From: Macrostomum lignano
Taxonomy: Eukaryota
Length of the DNA stretch: 64,000 bases
Direction: 5' to 3'
Assembly: GCA_002269645.1 (NCBI GenBank)
Contig: NIVC01000261.1
Coordinates: 246,564 to 310,563 of the forward strand
A program made the translations under genes and the position numbers. Below are positions 50,601 to 63,100 of this stretch, piece by piece. The notes beneath the pieces were generated by a model. The model searched no databases. It was not told where the DNA came from and saw nothing but the letters and a program-made list of their open reading frames with translations. Numbering within the stretch: the first letter of the stretch is position 1; each line of letters begins with the position of its first letter.

Positions 50601-53600
50601 AGTTACTGTTGTACTTGTATTCAGGCTGTAACACAACTGCTACAACGGTAACTTCTAGTGGCCCTTGAGTCTAAGCTCCAGACTATATATACCTACATGT
50701 TTATACATGCGAATGCATAAGCTACGAGTATAGTCTAGTAATGTACGAACAACGCACTTAATCTACTTAATGACTTGTATGACGACGTCGACTATTAACA
50801 TCGGCTGGCAAACGTCGCAATCTCCGGTTTTGACAGTGTAGTATGTATGAGTAGCGCGTCTAACCGCTGATGCAGACAGCGATTCCTTAATAAACTTAAT
50901 AAAATTTCAGTAACGTTGAGTACTACAACTTCATTTTATAGGCATGAATTCCGGCTATGACTGCATTTTTGGTACAACTGACGATGCAGCTCGGCAGCGA
51001 CAGCAGGCCGTCTACACCGGCTACAGGAATGTGGCGGCCTCGGGAGAGCCCTGCTTGGCCTGGAACCAGATCGTGGAACGAAACAAGCAGAGAAAGCAAA
51101 AAATAGATCCAGTTGGTAAAGTGCATGTACTATGTAGACGTAAAATAATAAAACGAGTTTTACGTGTAAAACCAATACGGTGGTGGTTACTAGTAGAACG
51201 GTGAAGTATTTATTCGTAAGTATTATATTCAATTAAAAAAATTAACGAGATTTTTCGAGGAAAGAAAGTTTTTCGGGAAAATTTATGATAATATTTAAAG
51301 CGCTTTAACAACAAAAACCTGGGCTAAGTTAGCAGTATGGTCTAATAGTTGTCTTGGACAATAAAAAACTAATTGACGAGAAAAAATCATTTATTAGAAT
51401 TTTAGATTATAAGTAGCTATACTTTATAAGTTACACGTATACTTTATATACAAACGATTATACGGGGAAGCAAGTTTCGCTACTACTCGTACAAGTTTAG
51501 AAACATCAGACAAAAACAATTTGTGACTGAATGAGAAACTCTTCTCTAGTAGCAGTAACAACAAAACACAATAACACAATAACGATATAAAAAAAACTGT
51601 GTAGTTGTTGAGTGAAAGTATTTTATTTATTTATATAATCCAGTTGTCCTCCAGCGCTTTTAATATTTAAACAAAATGTCTTTATATTTTAAACTGTCAC
51701 ATTTCAGCCAACTATGACTATAAAATGCGGATTCATTTGGAAACGCCCGACTATGACCGGCTTGAAGGTGCTGACAATTTTTGCAGGCCTGCTCAAATTA
51801 TCCGGGAGTTTGGCTTTTCAGACAGGGTTTATTAGTAAGCTTTGATTGCAGCTATACGCTTAATAGTGCTGCCAATTCAGTAATTATTTAAGTGCCAAAA
51901 CACTTGCAGCCCTAAGTTCTCATATCGAACATTTCAGTCGGAACCCAGATTTGATATCAGACGACGAGGCTCCCTCCTGCGTTTCTGACACCTTCGGAAA
52001 ATCCAACTTGGTAAATTTGGCATTGACCAAGTGCGACATTCCCGCCTGCTGTGAGTTTAGCATTTGCCAGTCAAATAGTCCTAAAAAATATTGTGCCAGT
52101 TTCTGCCTGCATCTGTCTCACTTCTGTCTGAATGTCTGTCTCTCGATTGGCGCCCGCCCCTGTCCTTGGGCCTGTCCCTCTCATCTTAGGCCTGTGATTT
52201 CACAACGCCGAAAACTCTACGAGTATATACGAGACCCTCTAGCTCGTACAAGACCAAATTTGACAACGCCAAATATTTGCATGGTCCTTGTTTTATTAAG
52301 TTTTCTACGATGTGAACTTTCCGTCATATGAATTTTCGGACTTTTAAAGGGTCTTGCATTTGGAGTTTTCAGTGTTGTGAAATTTCGGTCTTATAAAAGG
52401 AACCCATCAGTTCTTTAGTTTGATTTTTTAATAGGAACGTCCCCCTCGCCCCTCCCCTTCTGCTTAGGCCACAATACAATATACTACATGTATTTAGCTT
52501 TAAGATAAGTAGAAGAAATGTCACAGCCAATAAGTGCTACAGTTTTCTAGCTCTTATTGATGTCTTGCAGACACTAAAGTTCCCACCGTGACTGCTGCGA
52601 TCCGGGATGGCATCGGCAGCCACCTGCTGGCCCTGCAGTTCAGCAGCGACCTGAGCTTCACCCTGGTCGAGTGCTCCTTCGGTGGCCAGAGCTGCACTAA
52701 AGACGACTTCCTGAGCGTGTCTCACCCGCAGCTGGGCATGTGTCACCACTTTATGAAGCAGCGGTTCACCCAGAACATGTCCAGCTCGCAGTTGGCGGAC
52801 AGTCAGCTGTCAATCAAATATTTCACGGACTCGACAGACTCGAATGGTGGAACAATACCAGAATTGGACAAGCTGAACCGCATCGTGCACAGGTCCGTCA
52901 GCAATGATGAAAGAAGAATCGCTTTTAAAGTAAGTCCTACAAACAGGGAATGTTTTGAAACTGTTTGTACCATGCCGTTGCGTTGTGTTCTTCTCTCAAG
53001 TTTTCATGTCCTGATTATCATGTCTTAGTTCCTAGTTCTCAACCCCGCGTGTTCAATCTCATTTCTCATTGTTGGTAGAAGCTTTTAATTAATTACCACT
53101 TTATTAGTTCAAACATCTCCTGAATTTTGCAGGCAGTCATAGTCCCAGAAGGCAGCTACCCATGGCCGTCAAAGGGTGTCGATGTTGCCACAGCTCAAAG
53201 CTTGGATATTCAGTTGAGTTTAAAAAAAATTAAGAAGCTATCCACTGCATCGAGGCCCTGTGTTGAGAACACGGAGCCTGTAACTTACAGAATGCTGTCT
53301 TGGAAGCAGGCTAAAACCACGAGTTCTAATGAGTAAGCCTGGAAATATTACTTGGACATAAGTATGATCCTAAATTGCATTATCGTGACTTTCTATTTCA
53401 GGGAAAATATACGTTTACACTTCGTTAAGGCAGCCTCGGAATGGTGGCAAAAAATTGCTGTTCTGCGAGCACAACTTGAAAAACAAAACGCGTTGAGGTG
53501 CGTGGCATACTGTACTCAACATTTTAACCTGTCCAACAGTTTAATCCTACGATATGAAATCTTTTACATTTGACTTTGTAGACCCCTGCAAGCAATGGAT

Positions 53601-56600
53601 TGGCGCTACAATATCCCAAGCAAAGAAGACTACACAAACAAATTTACTGTGCAACATTTCGCTAAGGCATGTAACTGCTTGCCATCATTTCTGCCAATTG
53701 AAGTTGAGTTATTCTCGAACTATACCTTCTGCTTTGACACCAATGACACGGAGACTGTGTCAAGGCTACGGGAATCATGCCACAGAGAGCAGTTATCGAA
53801 GCTGCTGCAGTACCAGTTCGAGGCGGCTAAGAAAGCCTTGTCGCCGTGCGAGGAAACCGACTACGACATGCGGCTTATCTCCTACGCTTGGCCGAATCTA
53901 AGTGGCGCCAAGTCGATGGAGATTCTAAAGAAGCTGGCGCACAATTTTGGCTTAGGAACAGAGTACAGTCGTCTTAGAGGAATAAGCAGCATCTACAGCA
54001 CTTACTGGCGCTCTCTGGTCATGTTGGAAAGCAATCTGACCGAGAGCAACTTGCACGATAGAATTAATTTTGAAAACGAGCTAAAATTTCTTCGAGACCG
54101 ACTGGCTCAACTGACGGTTAAAGGATTGACGTCGTATGGTCAGGAAATTTCGGAAGAGGAGGCCTACCCCGCGAAAAATCTTCTGGCCGATATAGGAGGT
54201 AACTGCGTTTTTTGACTGTATGCTTTTGAATTACTAAAGCCAATCAAGTCTAAGAACCTTACACACCGCGGCAACAGCCACTGCCACGAGAATTGCACCT
54301 AACCCACCCCATTCGCTCAGTCACTGGATGAGGAAGAACTTTTTTAATTTTTTAATTGCACACTAGTTCTCATCTCCTTCTCTCTTACTAATAGTAGGCT
54401 CGTATGTTAATTTAGGATTTTTCTTTATTGATGATTGCTTTTCTGCGTTAAGACTTCGTGTTGAGTCGAAGTGGCCTTTCTTTATTGAGAGGCAGGCCGG
54501 CGAAGCTGGAGGGATGAAAAGCCTCCTCTGCATGTAAAAAGTCTGTTGTCCAGCGCTAGCTTTTCGAAAATGGCTTTGAAACTTGACTCCGCTTGCGAGC
54601 AACACTGACAGTCTCCATGGCGTGTTCTCATGAGTATCTTCTGGGTGAACGGATCTCTGCGTCCATTTACATGTATGTCAAAATTCTTTCGGGCTCGATC
54701 GCCAGTGATTCGAATGCCTCGGCGTTGATGGTATCAAACGTTTCCTTGTCGTCTGCGAAATAGTTGTCGAAGCGGAGCCGATGTGGAGCTCGTCAGCGTG
54801 TGGAATATCGCAGCCTTGCACATACTCGATGTTCAAGAGACGACATAGCCCAGCGCCCAATTCTCGGCGATGTGTGCAAAGCTGTAGAGATGTCACAGCC
54901 AGAAGAGACGACTCAGTGGCTGAAAATCGTGCCTAACGGCCATGAAGGAAGTTTGATTTTTGAGCAATTTGATTTGGCGGCTGACAGTGTCCTCGAAACA
55001 AATATTTCGGGATACCTCTCCTATGTCACTACGCGGCGATTGAGCTCTTTGAGGCATCCTTTCTTAGAGTTAACTCTTTTGATAGGCTATAGGGCTTGCA
55101 CTATATATTGCACTATTGGGACTTCAGCTTTGAGATAATCGAAAGCTGGAGAGCACTCATCGGTCCAGTCAAAGTTGATGTTAGATTTTTGCAGTTAATT
55201 AAGAGGAACAGTCTTTTGAGCGAAGTTCGGAATTAGTCTCCTAAAGCAGTTGACCAGTCCCAAAAGCTGGCGAGCTCAGATTTGTTTGTCGGGGCAGAAA
55301 CGTGTCTGACTTTTTTATACCAGCCGTTCATCTTAGCTAGATTCCGAATTAGAGATCGATCGGGCTTCACCAAGTGACTGCGACGCCATTTTAGTGTTTC
55401 TTTCTGTTTTACATTTGCGTTGAGTTGAAGGCCTTTCTGAATTGAGCATACCCTCTTAGGAAATTCGAAGCTTATTCCTAGTTAAATTCCTAGTCTAACT
55501 GCGAATATTCAAAGTTAATTAAACTACGAATGAGAGAACGATTGTGTCCTAGTAAAAGTGACTGTTTGAATTAATAGCAATTTATCAAAACTATACTTCT
55601 ATTGTTTATTCTTACTATTTTTATGGCAATTTATAAGAAAAATAATTCATTATCTTACTTGAATCTTACTCAATTGCTACATTTATAACTGCCTATTTCG
55701 ATCAATACTACTGAAAAAATAAACTGTGTGCTACTAAACGTAGTAAATAAACACGAGTATGACTCCTAAATGTTGAACTTTGATTCATGCTCACCTGTTT
55801 TAGGGCGTCACAATTTTTCACATTTTTCGATTTATTATCGTATATAGCTATCATTTCTCGCTCCAGAAAGTATAGTATTTCGATAGCTAAGTTTGTCTTC
55901 TGTTTGTCTTCAACTACTTATACGCGCTCGTACTTAATACTTCAACTACCTAACCTGAAGTATTCTATAATAAGCCCGAATTTTCATAAACCCGAAATAT
56001 CACAACTTCGAAAGTTCTAGCAACGTCCAACACTATTTTGGTTTTCGAAGTGATGCTGTTTCGGGTTTATGATAGAAAGCGCTTTTCGAAATTGTGATTT
56101 TTTGTGATTAAAGAGAAAGTCAAAGGGTCTGTCAACTTAAGATCATAAAGCGGAGCCCGAGTAACCTATGTACACAAATGATAGGTCATTCTGCTCACAG
56201 TGACACTAGGAAGATGGGTTTGGCAAAAAAGCGACAGACATTTGACTCGGGAGAACAAACAAGGGGATAATTATTATGTCAACTTAAGCTCATAAAGCAC
56301 CCTTATTATCCCCTTGCTTGTTCTCCCAAGTCCAATTTTGTCGCTTTTACTCGGGCTCCGCTTTAAGAGCTTAAGTTGACAGGCCCTTTCGATCATTCAA
56401 GTTTTCAAGTGCAACTTTTATCGCAATGCTGGACAAGATGAGTGGCCACTTTACTGATTGAGGTTTTTCCAGTCCATCAGTCTACCGATCAAACAGGTAT
56501 TGGAAATCCCGAATACTTTCTGAGAATTTAGTTTTTTGATCATGTATTCATGACAGCGCAAGAACCCCCACAAAAAGTCCCATCTGTCCCTGCTGCATGA

Positions 56601-57337
56601 TCAATACGATCTAGTCCTAGCAGCGTCCAGCTTTATACATCGGAGATGGACAGCTATAGCTATACGCTCGTACTAAGGCACTAGTTGGCAGGTACGTGCA
56701 GGAGCCGCAATTCTAGTCAAAAAAACTGATTTCGAAAGTGCTTCTTCGTTAAGCCTGTTCAGCTTGTGATGGCGGATTAGCATAAATCCCGGGATTTGTT
56801 GTTTTCTACCCTTTCAAATTCTCCCTACTAGTCTCTCGCTCTCCTCTCTTAGCTATTGACACCAATGCAAGGCAATTTGATTCATTTCTGGACTCTGAGG
56901 ACCGAAAAGTTTCCGATCAAAAAAGCTTAAGAAGGCTTCATGATTCGCTTGCTTTATTTTCTATGGTCCAGTGGATTTTATGGCTGTGGCTGCCACTGCA
57001 GTGAATGGGGATCCTCGACGAGAGACTTTCATTATTTCCTGGGGGTCTTTGACAGCCTCAACTTCCACTAGATATGGGTCCCTCATTGGATTTGTGAAGG
57101 GCAGTGCCCCCCATTTTATGAAGGTTTGCACAGTTTAATAAATGCATGTACACCTATTATATAAACTTTCTTTTTTCAGGAGCTCTAGGCCTATGGAGCG
57201 GAATATTTGTTCTGACAATCTGCGAGCTGCTTGAGTTCTTTTACTACATCAGCATCGGCTTGGCGCTGAGTCTGCGACATCGACGCGATTCACTCCGAAG
57301 GGACAGTGTGGCCAGGGAAATTGAGACCCATGCTTAA
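47621..57337 (+). CDS. DEG/ENaC (amiloride-sensitive channel family) subunit with a kringle-WSC-kringle insert, 12 exons, 1,033 aa
   Basis: Exons 47621-48182, 48703-48999, 49582-49857, 49945-50067, 50942-51115, 51708-51834, 51938-52050, 52571-52929, 53133-53332, 53402-53497, 53582-54198, 57180-57337. All phases match; total 3102 nt. Motifs: TTAHG, TM1 IWIGFLL, FPDVYIC, ECSFGGQSC...F...GMC, CNCLP, PCEETDY...AWP, YPAKNLLADIGG|ALGLWSG...LTICE. The exon-2 acceptor is the least certain. Confidence 0.9.
48703..50067 (+). other. Kringle-like domain 1 (exons 2 and 4), interrupted by the WSC exon
   Basis: DC...SGEEYAG...KPCIRW...SRCRAP | GPYCF...AFCNVPLC: the six-Cys kringle pattern. Confidence 0.75.
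49582..49857 (+). other. WSC-like domain on a single phase 1-1 exon (92 codons)
   Basis: VGCF...ITTELCADCC...FTHIALRDGECHCG...C...C...VF matches WSC YxGCY...MTxExCxxxC...YxGLxxGxECxCG. Confidence 0.75.
50942..52050 (+). other. Kringle domain 2 (exons 5-7)
   Basis: YDC...VYTGYRNVAASGEPCLAW...DNFCR...RNPD...APSC...KCDIPAC. Confidence 0.85.
54600..55380 (-). pseudogene. Highly degenerate Gypsy pol fragment (RT connection/RNase H) in the last intron of the channel gene
   Basis: Frameshifted motifs LGLVNCFRRLIPNFAQK, FDWTDECSPAFDYLK, DASKSSIAA, SRTLSAAKSN, SPRIGRWAM, NIEYVQGCDIPHADEL. Confidence 0.75.
56122..56389. mobile_element. MITE / foldback element with 43-bp TIRs, an inner inverted repeat and a central TIR fragment
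   Basis: 56122-56164 versus 56347-56389 (40/43); 56227-56271 versus 56305-56348; central TGTCAACTTAAGCTCATAAAGC at 56277-56298. Confidence 0.85.
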
Positions 57338-57509
57338 GGACTTCACGTGAAAGCGCAAGACATGGTAAAAATTTTGCTTTAGCTAAGTCGGTTTTTTGCT
57401 TAAAATGCATTAGTGAATTCGTATTTTTCTGCTTCTTTGGACCAACTGGACAGTATATCTCACCTTCAAGACTTCTTACAGTACTATTATTTTTATTGTT
57501 ATTATAGCT

Positions 57510-57897
57510 TTTGTCATGCTGTCTCGGCCTGGGGACATCCAAACTCAGCCAGCCCCATTCCGCAATGCGTTTTTTGGCTCGAGCTAGTCGAGTTTTGCCA
57601 TAGACGTGCTTCTTGGGGCCATGCTATCTCAGCCTGGGACATGCAATCTCAGCCAATATAGATTTCAATTGCAAACAGATCTCAATGCTATCATTTCTGT
57701 AACGTGACATGAAATGGCAACAAACAGCAATGAATGAACGCAGCAAGAAAAGTCAGTAAGAATCTGAAAAGTGGCTGAGATTGCATGGCCTTAAGAAGCA
57801 TGTCTATGGTAAAACTTGACTGGCTTACGTAAAAAATCGCACTGTTGAGATGGGCTGGCTGAGTTTGGATGTCTCTGGGCTGGGATGGCATGACAAA
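57510..57897. mobile_element. Foldback element with nested inverted repeats just downstream of the channel stop codon
   Basis: 57510-57560 versus 57850-57897 (~80% by eye, with a perfect GACATCCAAACTCAGCCAGCCC core); perfect 16-bp inner pair 57640-57655 versus 57772-57787. Confidence 0.7.
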
Positions 57898-57898
57898 T

Positions 57899-57952
57899 AC
57901 TATATTATTATTATTATTATTATTACTAGTATTATTATCAGTATTATTATTA
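57899..57952. repeat. (TAT)n microsatellite
   Basis: Direct reading. Confidence 0.9.
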
Positions 57953-60197
57953 GGTAAAACGCGCACACTATTCAACGTTAAGCAAAACGTTTTTCTTGGT
58001 GAGATTTTTTAGAAAACAATTACTGTATATTTCCGTTTTCTGGTTCTCAATAGCAATAACATTATTTTTTTTTAAATTCATCTGCGTTAAGTTTTAATAT
58101 AATACATTTTAGACTGCTTGGCCCGCTACATATATTCAAATCAAATGTTCAGAACGTACATGTAAGTTACTCTCTGTGCTAAGAGTAACATTTTCTATCG
58201 AGTTAACTCATTTAAGGATTGGCGATTTTAGCGTAACAGCACACATAAAACATCCAAAAAAGTTAACTAACTACAAGTAGCTACGGGCGCTCGTAATATA
58301 AGTGATTTATGTACCTAGCTTACGTAGATATAGTAGGAATACTTGATTTAAAATTAAACGAAAAATTTAAGTAAGTTGTATAGTTCCATTGTACGTGTTA
58401 TTTTGTAAAAGTAGAACATTCAGTTGAAATTTCAGTGATGCCAAATATATGCCATAATTATATATACTAATAGCTATACAAATATTTGTATGCTTTTTAT
58501 CGCTAATATCTATTTTTTAGCTTTTCTAAACACGAAGATAAGAAATGACAAGAATATCTAAATCAAAACGATTATACACGTACAACACAAAAAAATTAAT
58601 GATTCTTGATTCCGAACAACATAGTGCTCTTCTACAGAAACGACTACATCGTTTGTTTAAGATTGATTAATTGTCTTTTCTGTTTTTCGGAAATAATTTC
58701 GACTTTTTTGTCGCAATTTATGAAAAATTAGCGTTTGTATGGTAATTAGCAATTTTCTTTTATATAGAAGTTTGGGATTACGAGTCACGGCTTAAAAGGT
58801 AATATACATGTACGTCGTGTAACGATGGCAACAATGCTGCACGAAAACTAAAAAGAATCTGCGCTAATGTAGGTCACATTGAAGTCAATCTTGAACAAAA
58901 ACATAATACACAAACTTTCTTTGTTGAGGACAAGATGCAATATACTCGTAGATCGATTCGGACGAAAAAATATACATGCATTACAACGCAAAAGTATAAC
59001 GAAACTTGTCCTTACTTGAATATGCAAGGGATTTTTTGTGGGGTTTTCTAGCTTATTGTCAAAGCCAATAGAGAGGAGGCGCAACCTCCCAACCTTGGTC
59101 GTGGCTGCGCCACGTGACTGAATTAAAACACTGCGCTACTGAACGGAACATTAAATTAAATTATTATCAAGAGTTAACACTAATATAATTTTAGCAGAAC
59201 AGGACTTGGAACGAAAAATACATGATAAATTGTCACCGAAGATATATATTTACTACTACGAGTAATTTGGTCAGATCGACAAAAAAACGAAATATTAGCA
59301 TACATGTACATGTACTCGTATATATAAGAAAAAGTATTTTTGTTTACTGATTATATCATCTTAAAAAAATTGTAGCACAATTCAAAAAGGAAAACAACGC
59401 GAATTTTTGATTCAATGGTGCATTTCGATGAAAAAAACAAGATTACAGAACCAAGACTATTCAACGGTGACTATTCTTTTTGCTTTTCGGCTTGAGTGAT
59501 AAATAGCAAGTAACTTCAACGGGAGTGAAAAGAAACTTTACAGGAATTTCAAGGTTTAGATAATTTTTTTTTGTATTTTTTTGAACTGCTAACTGATAAA
59601 TTGCAGATTTTTCGCCCGTTGGATTCTAATAGCTTTACGACCCTCTATATTAAAACCATGTAATTTCATTTAAACAAATAATTTTACTAGAAAAGCATCG
59701 TAAAAATATCGAATATTCAGTTTTCATTGCACAAAATTGTAAATACTACAATACGTTAGCATCGAAAATATAAAATTCATGCTGATTTCAACTTTTAAAA
59801 AACAGAACTTGGAGATCGAGAATCTGATTGTTTTTAGTGCACGAAGAGTGGTTTTATCATAAAGAAACTTTTTTTGGAAAATATTCTTTGAAAAAATATC
59901 GATTTTGAAATTTATATATACAGTCCCAGGAACTATAGAAACTGGCAAAAATTTTGCTTGAAATTTCATTGTTTGTTATACATTGTATAGTAAGCCTTTA
60001 CCAAAAATTCAAATTCAATAAACGTGACATTTTCTATGATCATTGAATGTCAAAAGATAAGCTGAGAACACTAAATTGCCGAGTTTAGAGCGGAAATGGA
60101 GAGAAATGTATCTCGTCAGTTTCAAAGTAAAATGAATTATTGCAAATTTGAAGTGCTACATGCATGTAGAAACATGCGGTCCTTGTTCCTGCACACC

Positions 60198-63100
60198 TCA
60201 GTCTGGTCCGCTAGTAGCTCTCTCATTCCTCAGCTTCATCACCAAATTAACCGGCTGCTGGCGATAACCAACTGCTACCAGATCGTTGATCTCTTCGTGC
60301 TGCCCAAGACTCTTGCAGCAGCAGCAGCAGCAGCGGTCAAAACAGCGTGACAAAGGTGTCGGCCAGCGGCTCTGATAAGCCCCGTAGATTACCGGATTCA
60401 CAGCGCTGGTAGACATGCCGAAAAAGAACACTCCGTTTGAAATCAGTTCCACCGCGTCGTTGTACCGACCTCCGCTAAGCCGGTTAGCGCACGCAAATAT
60501 GTACAGGCCCCAGTAGGGCAGCCAGAGCAGTAGGAATGTCAAAATGATGACGGAGAACATTCGAAAGCTGCGCAGTTTTGCGCGAAGTAAAAATGCCTGA
60601 CGATAGCTGGCGATGAAGTTGCCGGCTTGGTTTAATTGCATCTCGTAGCTCGGCGGCGACTGGGTCTGAAGTTGAGACCGCTGCTGCTGCTGCTGCCGCT
60701 GTTTTGGATGATGATGATTATTTAAGAAGTCGGTGCCGAGTGTCGGCGAGCTGGGTTCGGGCTGCAGCGGCTGCTGCTGCTGTTGCTGTTGGTAACCGTT
60801 CAGACTTTCAGCATCCGTGGCTGAAGTGACGCAGAAGAAAATTAGACTCTCAAGGTGAGATTCTTGGGTTTGACCCGTTTGAGATAGCAATTAGAGTCGG
60901 TCTCACAAAGACTCTCAGGGTGAGATTCTATGGTATGCGATAGCAACTAGAGTCGGTCTCACAAAGAGTCTCAGGGTGAGATTCTAGGGTCTGAGATAGC
61001 AATTAGAGTGTTATTAAACTCTCAGGGTGAGATTCTAGGGTTGGAGATCGGTCAGTCTATAGGGACTGGCTAAATTCTTCCTAATGCTGGCTAGTTGCAG
61101 TCGGAAGATTAAATTTAAAATTTGGAGAAAAATTGCTTTGATAATCAACCTCAGAAAAAATCTCTCATTTGAGGGCTTGATTTATCAAAAATATGAAAAA
61201 ACGGCTTGGAAATGAATTCGATGGTGCTATAGCTGCACAATGAGATTTGACTCATTGAAATTTACATACTCCATTGTTTCCGAGAGTAGATTTTATCACG
61301 AATTTGCTGAAGGCAGCATGCGAGCGTACAAAATGGACATTTGCATTTGCAAACTGGACTGCTTGTTGTAATATTGGAATAAAACACTCTCCTGTCAGGC
61401 ACAGGAGGGTGTTCTACAGGAGGGTGTTACACAGGAGGGTGTTACACAGGAGGGTGTTACACAAAAGGGTGTTGTTACACAGCGATAGGCTATAGTGATT
61501 ATAGTTAAAGAGTCAATGTAAACTAGCTTTCACTAAAAGTGCAAAGAAAGCTTTGAAGTTGTACAATCTATTCAAAAAGTCGTATAGAGGTTATAACCTA
61601 CATTGCAGAGTCAAAATACATGTAATTCGATCCCCATAGCAGAATCCATCCACTTAATGAAAGGATTAGCTAGACTCGAATTACACATAGGCAACAAGTC
61701 CATAGTTTCAATGCGAACGGAAGTGAGCTTATAAGATAAAGCTTATAATTATTATATTATTATTATTTTGGTGAAGAGCGGTTGAAACTGCATATTTAAA
61801 GATTACAAGTTCCTCTCTGGTTAAGTTCATTATATATACGCGCTCGTAGGTATATTTCCACCATTCCGCTATCTCTCATCTCTGCCTCTCTCATCTCTGC
61901 CTCTCTCATCCATCCTCTCTCATCTCTGCCTCTCTCATCTCTGCCTCTCTCATCCATCCTCTCTCATCTCTGCCTCTCTCATCTCTGCCTCTCTCATCCA
62001 TCCTCTCTCATCTCTGCCTCTCTCATCTCTGCCTCTCTCATCCATCCTCTCTCATCTCTGCCTCTCTCATCTCTGCCTCTCTCATCCATCCTCTCTCATC
62101 TCTGCCTCTCTCATCTCTGCCTCTCTCATCCATCCTCTCTCATCTCTGCCTCTCTCATCTCTCCCTCTCTCATCCATCCTCTCTCATCTCTGCCTCTCTC
62201 ATCTCTGCCTCTCTCATCTCTGCCTCTCTCATCCATCCTCTCTCATCTCTGCCTCTCTCATCTCTGCCTCTCTCATCCATCCTCTCTCATCTCTGCCTCT
62301 CTCATCTCTGCCTCTCTCATCCATCCTCTCTCATCTCTGCCTCTCTCATCTCTCCCTCTCTCATCCATCCTCTCTCATCTCTGCCTCTCTCATCTCTGCC
62401 TCTCTCATCCATCCTCTCTCATCTCTGCCTCTCTCATCTCTGCCTCTCTCATCCATCCTCTCTCATCTCTGCCTCTCTCATCTCTCCTCTCTCATCCATC
62501 CTCTCTCATCTCTGCCTCTCTCATCTCTGCCTCTCTCATCTCCCCTCCTCATCTCTGCCTCTCTCATCCAATCCTCTCTCATCTCTGCCTTTCATCTCTG
62601 CCTCTCTCATCCATCCTCTCTCATCTCTGCCTCTCTCATCTCTGCCTCTCCATCTCTGCCTCTCTCATCCATCCTCTCTCATCTCTGCCTCTCTCATCTC
62701 TGCCTCTCTCATCCATCCTCTCTCATCTCTGCCTCTCTCATCTCTGCCTCTCTCATCCATCCTCTCTCATCTCTGCCTCTCTCATCTCTGCCTCTCTCAT
62801 CCATCCTCTCTCATCTCTGCCTCTCTCATCTCTGCCTCTCTCATCCATCCTCTCTCATCTCTGCCTCTCTCATCTCTCCTCTCTCATCCATCCTCTCTCA
62901 TCTCTGCCTCTCTCATCTCTGCCTCTCTCATCTCCGCCTCTCTCATCTCTGCCTCTCTCATCCAATCCTCTCTCATCTCTGCCTTTCATCTCTGCCTCTC
63001 TCATCCATCCTCTCTCATCTCTGCCTCTCTCATCTCTGCCTCTCTCATCTCTGCCTCTCTCATCCATCCTCTCTCATCTCTGCCTCTCTCATCTCTGCCT

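Noticed and set aside
54764-55138. Plus-strand 124-aa ORF in the channel's last intron
   Set aside because: Antisense shadow of the degenerate Gypsy pol fragment.
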